Assembly: GCF_014280175.1 (NCBI RefSeq)
Contig: NZ_CP047931.1
Span: 1,590,001-1,622,000 of the forward strand
Length of the DNA: 32,000 nt
Reading direction: 5' to 3'
DNA from: Synechococcus sp. A15-28
GTDB taxonomy: Bacteria; Cyanobacteriota; Cyanobacteriia; PCC-6307; Cyanobiaceae
How positions within the stretch are numbered: position 1 is the first letter of the stretch; every line of letters starts with the position of its first letter. Below, piece by piece: positions 16,226-25,368 of the stretch. Position numbers and translations under genes: made by a program. The notes beneath the pieces are model-generated. The model ran no database searches and was not told where the DNA came from. It saw only the letters and a list, made by a program, of their open reading frames with translations.

Positions 16226-16845
16226 CAGCCTCGACTGCGGGCAGGAGCACGCCCCCGCGCGCCCCTGGATTTGCCTCCCCGGGTGGGCATCGGAGCGATC
16301 ACCTCATGGGATTCGAGACGAAGCTGCTCCCCCTGACGGCGCACATCAAGGCTGACGAAATGCCGCAAGTGTTCCAAGGGCAACTCACCTTTCAACTGAA
16401 CTTTGAAGGGCAGCGGCCGGCTGCCATCGGCACGGGGTTGCTGACGCACCTTCACCACCAACTCACCGGTTTCGGGTTTGGTGAAGATCAACTCCCCTCG
16501 GATGGAGAAGAAGTCGTCCCCCTCCGGCAGAACATCATCGAGATCCGGTTGATCAGGAGACAAGGTGCTGGGCTCCCAGATGCCAGCAATCTGAAGGTGA
16601 AGTTGGTCGTTGTCTCTGGAGCGGGGGTACACCACCCAGAGATGGGGCTCATCCATGGCCAGATGACGCCGCATCAGCGTGAGCACCCGGCCGAGCACCA
16701 CTGTCTCCACCTCACAGCCATCGGCATCGATCAGCGTGCCCCGGGTGAGTTGGTCCTCGTCGCTGGGTTTGTAAATCCCACGAACAACCCCGATGGCCCG
16801 GTACTGCAGCGGTTCGGTAACCGGGGGGATGGGGTGATCACGCAT
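16225..16845 (-). CDS. Conserved-looking hypothetical protein with basic Arg/Gly-rich C-terminal tail
   Basis: ORF open from 16905; the ATG at 16845 (MRDHPIPP...) is preferred. Composition is coding-like. It is the first gene of the tightly coupled minus-strand chain. No family recognised. Confidence 0.55.
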   Translation of the reverse strand: MRDHPIPPVTEPLQYRAIGVVRGIYKPSDEDQLTRGTLIDADGCEVETVVLGRVLTLMRRHLAMDEPHLWVVYPRSRDNDQLHLQIAGIWEPSTLSPDQPDLDDVLPEGDDFFSIRGELIFTKPETGELVVKVRQQPRADGSRPLPFKVQLKGELPLEHLRHFVSLDVRRQGEQLRLESHEVIAPMPTRGGKSRGARGRAPARSRG

Positions 16846-16936
16846 TGAGACGTTGCCCGTCAAATCAAAAGCCCTTGTGAGGACTGTAGCCAGCCCCCGA
16901 GGCACACCTCAGAATGCCGACATCAACAGGCCATCC

Positions 16937-17734
16937 ATGCAGCGGGCCGGTCGACGTCTGATGGGGGGCCTGCTCATCGGAGCCGCTGTGGCCAGCGGTT
17001 GGCTCGCTGCATGGACGCTCGCTCCCCAAACATCGGCCAGTAACAGCCGCGCGGTGTCGGACGACGAGGCCAGCCAGCTGCTGAATGCCATGCAGCGACG
17101 GGAACTCAATCAGAATGAGCGGGAGCAGCTGCTGGAGCAGCTCCTTGGCCTGGAACGTCTCGAGGACGCCAAGCTTGTGCTGCAGCAGTGGCTGAACAAG
17201 CAACCCCATTCCCTGTCTATGGGGTTGTTGCTGGCGGACCTTCAGCGCCGGTCCGGCGCCTTTGAAGCAGCCCGGCAAGAACTGGAGCGACTGCTGCGGC
17301 TCCATCCTCTGCATCCCGAGTTGCTTCGGTTGATCGCTCTGGTGGATGTACAGGACGGCCGGGGGCAGGAGGCACTCCAGCGCCTGAAAGCCCAGTTCTC
17401 TTCACGACCGGAAGGGCAGCGTCTGGAACTCGGCCTTTTGCTGGCTGATCTGCAGCGCCAGACCGGTCGGTTCAAGGACGCAGCTGCTCTGTATCAGCAG
17501 CTGACCAAGGAATCAGCCGAGGACGTTCGATCTGTCCTTGCGTTGGCGATGTTGCACCAGGAGCAAGGTGATGCAGCTGAAGTCGAGCGTTGGCTGGAGC
17601 AGGCGCGGCTGCGCAGGGGCAATTCAGATCGGCCAGACCCGATGATCGATCAACTGGCCTACCGCTGGGGGTTGCAGGCCGCCCGCGTCAGGGCTGGGCA
17701 ACCGCTTCCTTCGGTCCCTGCTGAAACTCCCTGA
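16937..17734 (+). CDS. TPR-repeat protein with N-terminal membrane anchor/signal
   Basis: MQRAGRRLMGGLLIGAAVASGWLAAW is followed by repeated A/L/E/Q-rich 34-residue-like units (LLADLQRRSGAFEAARQELERLLRLHP, LLADLQRQTGRFKDAAALYQQL). The ORF is open from 16853. Confidence 0.65.
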   Translation: MQRAGRRLMGGLLIGAAVASGWLAAWTLAPQTSASNSRAVSDDEASQLLNAMQRRELNQNEREQLLEQLLGLERLEDAKLVLQQWLNKQPHSLSMGLLLADLQRRSGAFEAARQELERLLRLHPLHPELLRLIALVDVQDGRGQEALQRLKAQFSSRPEGQRLELGLLLADLQRQTGRFKDAAALYQQLTKESAEDVRSVLALAMLHQEQGDAAEVERWLEQARLRRGNSDRPDPMIDQLAYRWGLQAARVRAGQPLPSVPAETP

Positions 17735-17984
17735 GGGCAGCGTCAATGGCATCCGACGGCGGAGTGGCGTCGTTCATCGCTCCGGCCCGTTGAATGCGGT
17801 TGATCAGATCCATCGGATTGGTGGCATCCAGAATTGCTCCCGAATCCCCTCCAGGGCTGGTGCTGAAGATCTCCCGTTCCTCGCGGGTCTGATATCCGCT
17901 ATCCATCTGGGCCAACCCCGGAGCCACCAAAGCCCCCAGGGAGGCGACAGTGATCAGAAGCTGGGCCGCTGAACGGGGCTGCAT
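17688..17984 (-). CDS. Small secreted hypothetical protein
   Basis: Signal-peptide-like N-terminus MQPRSAAQLLITVASLGALVAPGLAQ. ATG at 17984 (TTG at 17990 in the track). Its 3' end overlaps the TPR gene by 47 nt. Confidence 0.5.
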   Translation of the reverse strand: MQPRSAAQLLITVASLGALVAPGLAQMDSGYQTREEREIFSTSPGGDSGAILDATNPMDLINRIQRAGAMNDATPPSDAIDAALREFQQGPKEAVAQP

Positions 17985-18040
17985 CGTCAAAAGGATGTTG
18001 GGGCTGATGCTAAGCGTCCTTCAGGGATCGATAAACCACC

Positions 18041-18874
18041 GTGCGCATAGCCACCTGGAACGTCAATTCGGTGCGTACCCGGCTCGATCAGGTGCTGTCA
18101 TGGCTCGAAAAGAACCAGCCGGATCTGCTTTGCCTGCAGGAGACAAAGGTCGACGATCCGCTGTTCCCAATCCAGGCCTTCGAGGCGGCGGGATGGAAGG
18201 TCAGCATCCATGGTCAGAAGTCGTACAACGGCGTGGCGTTGGTCAGTCGCGAACCCCTCGACGATGTTCGCTGCGGCTTCAGCGCTGAGCTGCCGAATGA
18301 TGCCGAAGCAGAGACCCTGGGTGAACAGAAGCGCGTGATCAGCGCCCTGCTGGATGGGGTGCGGGTGCTGAATCTTTATGTCCCCAACGGCTCAAGCCTC
18401 TCCTCGGAGAAATATCCCTACAAGCTGTCCTGGCTTGGCTGCCTGAAGCGCTACCTCGATGCCCAGGCCGAACGAGGCGAACCCCTCTGCATGGTGGGGG
18501 ACTTCAACATCGCTCTCGACTCCAGGGACATCCATGACCCCGATCGCCTTAACGGATCGGTCATGGCAAGCGATGCGGAGCGGACTGCCCTGCGCGAAGC
18601 CCTTGGAGACAGGCTCCAGGACGCCTTCAGAATGTTCGAACCCGACGCCGGTCACTGGAGCTGGTGGGACTACCGCACCGGTGCCTGGGATCGGGATCGG
18701 GGCTGGCGGATCGATCACATCTACCTCTGTGACGAGCTGACGGGTCTCGCCCGCAGCTGCACCATCCACAAGCAGGTGCGCGGCAATCCCCAACCCAGTG
18801 ATCACGCACCGGTCAGTGTTGATCTGGACTGGCCACCGGCGGAGGAGGAAAGCGAGGACGATCTGCTGTTCTGA
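18041..18874 (+). CDS. xthA: Exodeoxyribonuclease III
   Basis: MRIATWNVNSVRTRL, LCLQETK, GDFNIA and SDHAPV are the ExoIII/AP-endonuclease motifs. GTG start. Confidence 0.9.
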   Translation: MRIATWNVNSVRTRLDQVLSWLEKNQPDLLCLQETKVDDPLFPIQAFEAAGWKVSIHGQKSYNGVALVSREPLDDVRCGFSAELPNDAEAETLGEQKRVISALLDGVRVLNLYVPNGSSLSSEKYPYKLSWLGCLKRYLDAQAERGEPLCMVGDFNIALDSRDIHDPDRLNGSVMASDAERTALREALGDRLQDAFRMFEPDAGHWSWWDYRTGAWDRDRGWRIDHIYLCDELTGLARSCTIHKQVRGNPQPSDHAPVSVDLDWPPAEEESEDDLLF

Positions 18875-18882
18875 CCGCCGTC

Positions 18883-20388
18883 TCAGAACACCTCCACGCC
18901 CGCAGGCAGGGTCACCGAGCGTTTGGCGGATTCGCCACAGGTGCGTGGAGTCGGCAGCACTTTGCCGGGGTTGGCCCGCTGCTCCGGGTCGAAGGCCTGA
19001 CGCAACAACGACATGGTGTTGAGGTCATCGGCACCGAACATCCAATCGAGGTAGCAGCGCTTATCGGCGCCGACGCCATGCTCACCGCTGATGCTGCCGC
19101 CGGCGTCGAGGCAGACCCGCAGGATGGCGGCACTGAGATCTTTGACCTTTTGGTCTTCCCCGGGAGTTGAGGACGAATAAAGAATGAGCGGGTGAAGATT
19201 GCCATCCCCCGCATGGAACATGTTGGCGACCTTCAGCCCGTGCTCCTGGCTCAACGCCGTGATGGAAGCGAGCACTGAGGGAAGACAGCTGCGAGGAACC
19301 ACGCCGTCCTGAAGGTAGTAACTCGGAGAGATCTGACCAAGCGCAGAAAAGGCACACTTGCGGCCCTTCCACAACACTGCGCATTCGGTCGGGTCTTCGG
19401 CCCTGCGAAGTCCACGGGACCCTGCCGCTCGACACAACTCCTCAGCCTTTTCTGCAGAGGCCTGGACCTCGGCCCGCTGGCCATCAAGCTCGATCAGCAG
19501 AACAGCAGCCGCATCCCGGGGGTATTCGTCGTAGCCGAAGAAATCATCAACGGCGTTGATCGTGATGTTGTCCATGATCTCCATCCCCGCCGGCAGCAAT
19601 CCGCAGGCCGTGATCGAGCGCACCGCTTCCCCTGCGGCCTCCATCGAGGAAAAGTCCGCCAGCAGAACGTTGACGCATTCGGGAGCCCGCAACAGGCGCA
19701 GGGTGATGGCTGTTGCAATTCCGAGGGTGCCCTCGCTGCCAATGAAGGCTCCACGCAAGTCGAGCTCCGAGGACTCCGCCAGACCATTTCCAAGCTGCGT
19801 CACCGTGCCGTCCGGGAGAACCACCTCGAGGCCAAGCACGTGGTTGCTGGTGACTCCGTATTTGAGGCAGTGGACCCCACCGGAATTCTCGGCGACATTG
19901 CCGCCAATGCTGCAGACCACCTGACTGGATGGATCAGGTGCGTAATAGAACCCTTCTCCAGCAACGGCTCGCGTCACCCAGCTGTTGATCACCCCCGGCT
20001 GAACCTTGACGGTGTGGTTTTCGAGGTCAACGTGCAGCACCTTGCGCATGCGGCTGGTGACCACCAGCAGTGCCTCCTGATCGACGAGGGCTCCACCGGA
20101 CAACCCTGTACCGCTCCCCCTGGCCACAAAAGGAACGTTGTGCTGATGACAGCAGCACAGGACCACAGCGACATCGGCTGTGGTCTCCGGGAGGACGGCC
20201 AGCGGCGGCGCGTGACGATCCATGGTCAGGCCGTCACAGTCGTAACTCAGCAGTTCCTGACGTTTCGTCACCAGGGCCCGCGGCGGCAGAGACCGGCGGA
20301 GATCCCTCTCCAGCGCTGACCAGTCGTGGATCACATCAACCCTCAATCCAGGCCAGGCTAAGCAGACAACTGGGGCCGATTGACACAC
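18883..20388 (-). CDS. glcD: Glycolate oxidase subunit GlcD (FAD-linked oxidase)
   Basis: FAD-binding block [15 protein letters not shown] and C-terminal [10 protein letters not shown]. The start is uncertain (GTG at 20388 or GTG at 20334). Confidence 0.85.
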   Translation of the reverse strand: MCQSAPVVCLAWPGLRVDVIHDWSALERDLRRSLPPRALVTKRQELLSYDCDGLTMDRHAPPLAVLPETTADVAVVLCCCHQHNVPFVARGSGTGLSGGALVDQEALLVVTSRMRKVLHVDLENHTVKVQPGVINSWVTRAVAGEGFYYAPDPSSQVVCSIGGNVAENSGGVHCLKYGVTSNHVLGLEVVLPDGTVTQLGNGLAESSELDLRGAFIGSEGTLGIATAITLRLLRAPECVNVLLADFSSMEAAGEAVRSITACGLLPAGMEIMDNITINAVDDFFGYDEYPRDAAAVLLIELDGQRAEVQASAEKAEELCRAAGSRGLRRAEDPTECAVLWKGRKCAFSALGQISPSYYLQDGVVPRSCLPSVLASITALSQEHGLKVANMFHAGDGNLHPLILYSSSTPGEDQKVKDLSAAILRVCLDAGGSISGEHGVGADKRCYLDWMFGADDLNTMSLLRQAFDPEQRANPGKVLPTPRTCGESAKRSVTLPAGVEVF

Positions 20389-20459
20389 TCCAGACGGATC
20401 TGGTCGTTCCTGGGTCAGGATGTGGCACGGTTTGCATCAGCCTCTTGGCGTCGGTTCCA

Positions 20460-21761
20460 GTGACAGCACCCGCGTTGAACACCAGCCGCTCCCAGGCCAT
20501 CTTTGGCGAAGCGCAGGGGCTGATGCCCGGTGGCGTGAGTTCCCCTGTGCGCGCGTTCAAGTCGGTCGGCGGCCAGCCGATCGTGTTTGACCGGGTGAAA
20601 GGCCCTTACGCCTGGGACGTGGATGGGAACAAATACATCGACTACATCGGCAGCTGGGGCCCTGCCATTTGTGGCCATGCCCATCCCGAAGTGATCAGCG
20701 CACTTCAAGAGGCCATCGAGAAGGGCACCAGCTTCGGAGCACCCTGCGCCCTGGAGAACACCCTCGCCGAGATGGTGATCGACGCCGTTCCCAGCGTTGA
20801 GATGGTGCGCTTCGTCAACAGCGGCACTGAAGCCTGCATGGCTGTGTTGCGGCTGATGCGAGCCTTCACCGGCCGCGACAAGGTGATCAAGTTCGAAGGC
20901 TGTTATCACGGCCATGCGGACATGTTCCTGGTGAAGGCGGGGTCCGGTGTGGCCACCCTGGGACTGCCCGATTCCCCCGGCGTTCCTCGCAGCACCACAG
21001 CCAACACCCTCACCGCTCCTTACAACGACCTGGAAGCAGTGAAGGCGCTGTTCGCCGAAAACCCCGATGCCATCGCCGGCGTCATTCTCGAGCCCATCGT
21101 CGGCAACGCCGGGTTCATCCAACCTGAGCCAGGTTTCCTGGAAGGCCTGCGGGAACTCACGAAGGAGCACGGTGCCCTTCTCGTGTTCGACGAAGTGATG
21201 ACGGGCTTCCGCATCAGTTACGGCGGTGCACAAGCCCATTTCGGTGTCACACCGGACCTCACCACGATGGGCAAGGTGATCGGTGGTGGTTTGCCGGTGG
21301 GTGCCTATGGCGGCCGCGCCGACATCATGGGCATGGTGGCTCCGGCCGGCCCGATGTACCAGGCCGGCACGTTGAGCGGCAATCCATTGGCAATGACCGC
21401 TGGCATCAAGACACTCGAACTGCTGAAACAGCCCGGCAGTTACGAAAAACTCACGGCGACAACCGCCAAGCTGATTGCCGGTATCAAGCAGGCGGCTACG
21501 GCGGCTGGACTCCCCTTCACCGGTGGCAGCGTCAGCGCCATGTTCGGCTTCTTCCTCTGCGAAGGACCAGTGCGGAACTTCGAGGACGCCAAGGCAACGG
21601 ATTCAGAGCGCTTCGGCAAGTTGCATCGCGCCATGCTGGAGCGCGGTGTTTACCTGGCCCCATCCGCCTTCGAAGCGGGCTTCACCTCCCTGGCCCACTC
21701 CGACACGGACATCGAAGCCACGATCAATGCCTTCCGCGACAGCTTCGCGGAAGTGGCCTGA
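20460..21761 (+). CDS. hemL: Glutamate-1-semialdehyde 2,1-aminomutase
   Basis: [43 protein letters not shown]. An in-frame GTG at 20460 gives a 433-aa protein. The upstream part of the 563-aa track ORF is antisense to glcD. Confidence 0.9.
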   Translation: MTAPALNTSRSQAIFGEAQGLMPGGVSSPVRAFKSVGGQPIVFDRVKGPYAWDVDGNKYIDYIGSWGPAICGHAHPEVISALQEAIEKGTSFGAPCALENTLAEMVIDAVPSVEMVRFVNSGTEACMAVLRLMRAFTGRDKVIKFEGCYHGHADMFLVKAGSGVATLGLPDSPGVPRSTTANTLTAPYNDLEAVKALFAENPDAIAGVILEPIVGNAGFIQPEPGFLEGLRELTKEHGALLVFDEVMTGFRISYGGAQAHFGVTPDLTTMGKVIGGGLPVGAYGGRADIMGMVAPAGPMYQAGTLSGNPLAMTAGIKTLELLKQPGSYEKLTATTAKLIAGIKQAATAAGLPFTGGSVSAMFGFFLCEGPVRNFEDAKATDSERFGKLHRAMLERGVYLAPSAFEAGFTSLAHSDTDIEATINAFRDSFAEVA

Positions 21762-21776
21762 CCCTGACTCGGCGCG

Positions 21777-22244
21777 GTGATGCCATTGCTCCCGGCAGCA
21801 GCGGCAACACCGCCTCCCATGGTCTGCACCATCGAGACGGTCGAAAGCCGCTGGTCCCCTCGCGCGATTGCGGGGGTCCGCATGCTCAGGGGTCAGAGCT
21901 TCACGGTGACCCGATCACCCGATATCAAGTTGACACCCCGCTATGTGATCGACAGCCGGATCACCAGCCTGGCGGAGGAAACAGAGCCTCCGGTTGGCTC
22001 AATCGAGAACCAGCGGCTGCGCTACAGCTGGAGCTACATCGCAGCCCTCGGACCGGTGGCACCACCAGCAACATCCGGTGAACCCAGTCGAAACGCCTCG
22101 ATCAGCGTCGAAGGGCAACTGAGGATCCGGGCAGACCGTTCCTTCGATCTGGTGAACGTCTCCGCCATGACCGCTGAAGGAAGCACAACGGCGCTGACCA
22201 CACTGCGTGACAGTGCATCCGGAACCTGTCGTGAACAACCCTGA
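21777..22244 (+). CDS. Hypothetical protein
   Basis: 155-aa ORF starting 16 nt after the hemL stop and overlapping the cdd 5' region. Composition is beta-rich and Ser/Thr-rich. No family recognised and the start is uncertain. Confidence 0.4.
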   Translation: MMPLLPAAAATPPPMVCTIETVESRWSPRAIAGVRMLRGQSFTVTRSPDIKLTPRYVIDSRITSLAEETEPPVGSIENQRLRYSWSYIAALGPVAPPATSGEPSRNASISVEGQLRIRADRSFDLVNVSAMTAEGSTTALTTLRDSASGTCREQP

Positions 22245-22641
22245 AGATCTGTTGAAGGCGGCGAGACAGGCTGCCGACAAAGCCCACTGTCCCTATTCGA
22301 ACTTCCATGTGGGAGCGGCTGTGCGATGCACGGATGGCACGGTGGTGACCGGCAGCAATGTGGAGAACGCCAGCTTCGGCCTCACCATCTGCGCTGAACG
22401 GGTGGCCCTGTTCAGCTGTGTGGCCCAGGGCCTCCAACCGCTTGAGCTGGCGGTGAGCTGTGTGGATGCCCAGTCAGATGCATCACCAGGCTCCCGAATG
22501 CCCTGCGGGGCCTGCCGTCAGGTGATGCAAGAGCTCATGCTCCAGCAGGCGACGATTCACATCGACGGCGTCGGGTCTCGACGGCTATCGGAGTTGCTAC
22601 CGGATGCGTTCGAGCTGGGTTCTGCTGAAAAGGCTCCCTAG
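22207..22641 (+). CDS. cdd: Cytidine deaminase
   Basis: Zinc motifs CAERVA and PCGACRQVMQE, plus HCPYSNFHVGAA. The start is uncertain (GTG at 22207, 22213 or 22231). Confidence 0.85.
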   Translation: MTVHPEPVVNNPEDLLKAARQAADKAHCPYSNFHVGAAVRCTDGTVVTGSNVENASFGLTICAERVALFSCVAQGLQPLELAVSCVDAQSDASPGSRMPCGACRQVMQELMLQQATIHIDGVGSRRLSELLPDAFELGSAEKAP

Positions 22642-23105
22642 CCAGGCTCCGCCCAGCGTGCCAGGGCTTTTTCTGGGTCAGCGATCTGCTCAAGACTGGT
22701 GTATACGAAATCCTGCCAGCCCTCCGCCGGCAGGCCGGCGAACAGCATCAGGTTGAGCGGGTAATCCTCGGAATCAGTACATCGGCGGAAATCGTCGCGG
22801 AACAGAAACGTGGGCTTGCCCAGGGCGATCGCTGCCCCCAGTTCCACCATCACGCCCTCGTCCGGTGGCGTTCCATTGACGATGGCGAAGAGTGCATCGG
22901 CGTCGCGCACATCCTGGAGATCCCGCTGGGCCACCTGGTGCGCCCAGCCAGGCTGGGCCACATCCACCTGGCCGTTGCGGGCAAACGGTTCCCACACCTC
23001 CAACCCAAGGTCCTGTAGTGCCGTAATGAATTCAGGCAACAGCAACCGCTTCCATTGAGCGGAAAAGCCGTAAGGGGAAGCGAGATAAACCGTGGGTTGG
23101 GCCAT
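22638..23105 (-). CDS. Nucleoside 2-deoxyribosyltransferase-like protein
   Basis: VYLASPYGF at the N-terminus and DEGVMVELGAAIALGKPTFLF (catalytic-Glu block) are typical of PF05014. Its ATG overlaps the upstream stop (ATGA at 23103-23107). Confidence 0.7.
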   Translation of the reverse strand: MAQPTVYLASPYGFSAQWKRLLLPEFITALQDLGLEVWEPFARNGQVDVAQPGWAHQVAQRDLQDVRDADALFAIVNGTPPDEGVMVELGAAIALGKPTFLFRDDFRRCTDSEDYPLNLMLFAGLPAEGWQDFVYTSLEQIADPEKALARWAEPG

Positions 23106-23500
23106 CAGCCAAGCTCTCTGGACGTGCGGTAGATCTGCTCATCAGCGCGGGCCTGGGCGGCGTTTTCCCAGGGGAACAGCAACCACTCAGAGCTGTCGGT
23201 GACCACCACCGCATCCCACCACTCGGGCGGGCGCTTGCTCACCCAAACCACGCCACGGGCCTTGGGGAATCTGGCGTGCAGAGATTCCAAGGTGCGACCG
23301 GTCTCGTAAACATCGTCGACGATCAACGCATCAGGCTGCGGCTCAGCCAGCAACGGCCGCTGAAGCGCGTGGCTCAAGGCCACGGCCAAACACAAACCAC
23401 CGCGCGGCACCCCGTAGATCCCCGCAAACGTCGTCGAAGACAACTGTTCAACCAGGCTCTGCACGGCCTGATCAAATTCCACCCAGCTCAGCGCCCTCAT
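23105..23500 (-). CDS. Small phosphoribosyltransferase-domain protein (Gpt-like core)
   Basis: 131 aa. GIYGVPRGGLCLAVALS and the PRPP loop LIVDDVYETGRTL are present. The N-terminal layout resembles xanthine-guanine PRTase. Confidence 0.65.
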   Translation of the reverse strand: MRALSWVEFDQAVQSLVEQLSSTTFAGIYGVPRGGLCLAVALSHALQRPLLAEPQPDALIVDDVYETGRTLESLHARFPKARGVVWVSKRPPEWWDAVVVTDSSEWLLFPWENAAQARADEQIYRTSRELG

Positions 23501-23535
23501 GGCTGGACAATGAAGCGTGTCGGCAGTGATGGCCC

Positions 23536-23775
23536 ATGACCAGCGACATCCCCCCTCAGGAACAGATGCGCAAATGGTTCCGCAGCCATCTGCTCAACCG
23601 CGAGGTGGAGCTTCAGGAGCTGTACGACCTTCCACAGGGAGAACTGGATCTGCTGATGGCAGAAACTGCCGAAATCCGCTCCGATGCAGAAAATCGTTCC
23701 CGTAGTCATGGCCGCTGGTGCACCGCCGGCTATGTCCTGGAGTTGGCCCGCATCATCGATGCCCGTCGAGCCTGA
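23536..23775 (+). CDS. Hypothetical small protein
   Basis: 79-aa ATG ORF with natural-looking sequence. It competes with the antisense 94-aa ORF 23497-23781. Confidence 0.4.
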   Translation: MTSDIPPQEQMRKWFRSHLLNREVELQELYDLPQGELDLLMAETAEIRSDAENRSRSHGRWCTAGYVLELARIIDARRA

Positions 23776-23777
23776 CA

Positions 23778-23981
23778 TCAAGCCGATTTCAGGTAAACCT
23801 TGCGGCCACGCGCGTCAAAACGATATTTACCCCCACGTGGTCCGATGTGGATGTCGTCAGGATCGATCGATGATGACAAGGCAACAACGGGTGCAGGATT
23901 GATTCGGGCTTCATCAACCTTCCGCTCAGGCTTGAATATGTTGCGGCCTGTCTTCAGATACAGAAACGTTGCAATGCTCAT
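23778..23981 (-). CDS. Small hypothetical protein ending in a GPRGGKY...GRKVY motif
   Basis: ATG at 23981 (the track ORF starts at TTG 24059). The C-terminal IHIGPRGGKYRFDARGRKVYL resembles the short basic GPRGG-x-Y...G-x-K-x-Y module seen at protein termini in bacteria and chloroviruses (from memory). Confidence 0.35.
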   Translation of the reverse strand: MSIATFLYLKTGRNIFKPERKVDEARINPAPVVALSSSIDPDDIHIGPRGGKYRFDARGRKVYLKSA

Positions 23982-24021
23982 TAGCGGCCGAATGTTTAAT
24001 GCACGTGCAACTTCATTCTCC

Positions 24022-24279
24022 TTAGGCGTCAATGCTTGGCACACCAGACTGAGGGTCAAGCATCGCCATGATGCGCTCCCATTCAGCCTGATCGATCAAC
24101 CCCCCATCACGCAGCTGACTGAGGACCCGTGGATCAACGGGCAAGCGGGTGAGATCCATGATCGACTGACAAGCTTTGAGGGACTCCACCAAAATGGTCT
24201 GAGCGGCAACTTCCGGAGTCAGTCCCGGGAATCTCTCCTGCATATCTTCGAGCATCTTCGCAGCAGCGTTGTTCTCCAT
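24022..24279 (-). CDS. Small hypothetical protein downstream of pstS
   Basis: ATG at 24279 (MENNAAAKMLEDMQERF...); the track ORF starts at TTG 24315. It lies about 40 nt downstream of the pstS stop on the same strand. No family recognised. Confidence 0.35.
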   Translation of the reverse strand: MENNAAAKMLEDMQERFPGLTPEVAAQTILVESLKACQSIMDLTRLPVDPRVLSQLRDGGLIDQAEWERIMAMLDPQSGVPSIDA

Positions 24280-24318
24280 AAGAGGCTTATGAATTGGGAC
24301 AGAAAAAGAAGACAAGAT

Positions 24319-25296
24319 TTATTCGCCGATTTTGTTCACAGCGGCTTTGGACTTCGCCAGAATGTCGCCACGCAGGGGAACAAATCCGAGTCGAGGAGCC
24401 ACATTCTGTGCCTCATCGCTCAACATGAAGTTGAACACTTCCTTAATCGTGGAGGCATCGGGACCGTTGCCACGCTCATAGGCCAAAACCCAGGTGAGTG
24501 TGGCGATGGGGTAAGCCCCAGCGGCTGTTGGGTTGGGATTCTCTCCGGCCAGGTTCTGATCCAGCGTGATCTGGTTCAGGGCAATCGCACCGGCCTCAAC
24601 ACTCGGTTTCACGAAGCCTCCCGCAAGGTTCTGCAGGGCAGCCGCCTTGATCGAACTACGGATGTACGACTGATTGAGATAACCAATCGCCCCCTCCCGC
24701 TTTTTGATCACAGCCGCAACACCAGCGTTGCCCTTGGCCCCAACACCACTGGGCCAACTCACCGCCTTACCGGTTCCTAAAGTCCAGGTGGATGAAAATG
24801 CCGCCATCGAATTGGTGAAGGCCTTGGTGGTTCCTGAACCATCCGATCGGTGCACCCACGTGATCGGACCGGAGGCACACCCCAACTCCGACCAGTCTTT
24901 AATAACCGACATGGCCACCTTCACCGCCTGCTCCTGGGTGAGTTTCAGATCACAACCAGGTTTGTTGTATCCGAAGGCGATGGTGCCGCCGATCATTGGG
25001 ATCTGAACAACACCACGCTTCACTTTGCGTCGATCTCGACTGATCATCGGATCATCGGAGGCACCGAAATTGACCGTCTGATCGAGATAGGCCTTTCGGC
25101 CGGAACCGGAACCAATGGCCTGGTAATTGACCATCGGCCCGTCGTTACCGGCCAGCATTCCGAACCAGCGTTGGTAAATCTGCGCCGGAAACGTTGCCCC
25201 GGCTCCAGTAATCCGCTCGGATGCCAATGCAGAGGCGCTGACATCGAGCAGGACAACCGCTCCTGACACGACAAATGATCTGATCAGATTGCTCAT
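24319..25296 (-). CDS. pstS: Phosphate ABC transporter substrate-binding protein
   Basis: Signal peptide, then ITGAGATFPAQIYQRWF, SGSGRK, SDGSGTT and GAIGYL, which are the PstS/PBP family blocks. Confidence 0.85.
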   Translation of the reverse strand: MSNLIRSFVVSGAVVLLDVSASALASERITGAGATFPAQIYQRWFGMLAGNDGPMVNYQAIGSGSGRKAYLDQTVNFGASDDPMISRDRRKVKRGVVQIPMIGGTIAFGYNKPGCDLKLTQEQAVKVAMSVIKDWSELGCASGPITWVHRSDGSGTTKAFTNSMAAFSSTWTLGTGKAVSWPSGVGAKGNAGVAAVIKKREGAIGYLNQSYIRSSIKAAALQNLAGGFVKPSVEAGAIALNQITLDQNLAGENPNPTAAGAYPIATLTWVLAYERGNGPDASTIKEVFNFMLSDEAQNVAPRLGFVPLRGDILAKSKAAVNKIGE

Positions 25297-25368
25297 GCCC
25301 GGACGAAGGACCTCGCCTGGATCGTAAAGCGGTCAAAGCGACTTGTCGTCCCCCTGTCGAAGGCGGAT

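Noticed and set aside
20070-20459. 130-aa N-terminal extension of the hemL ORF
   Set aside because: It is antisense to the glcD coding region and Arg/Pro/Ser-rich. HemL homology begins at the in-frame GTG at 20460, which gives the canonical length of about 433 aa.
20415-21239. 274-aa minus-strand ORF inside hemL
   Set aside because: It is an antisense shadow of a gene with unmistakable HemL motifs, and has no motifs of its own.
23800-24780. 326-aa plus-strand ORF spanning the small ORFs and the 3' half of pstS
   Set aside because: It crosses a compositional boundary and lies antisense to a clear PstS. Its translation has no recognisable features.
25297-25368. Possible Pho box (tandem PyTTAAPyPy(T/A)-like 8-mers at 11-bp spacing) upstream of pstS
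   Set aside because: Only weak partial matches were found (for example CTTTGACC and TTTACGAT on the minus strand). I could not find a convincing tandem array by eye, so a PWM scan is needed.
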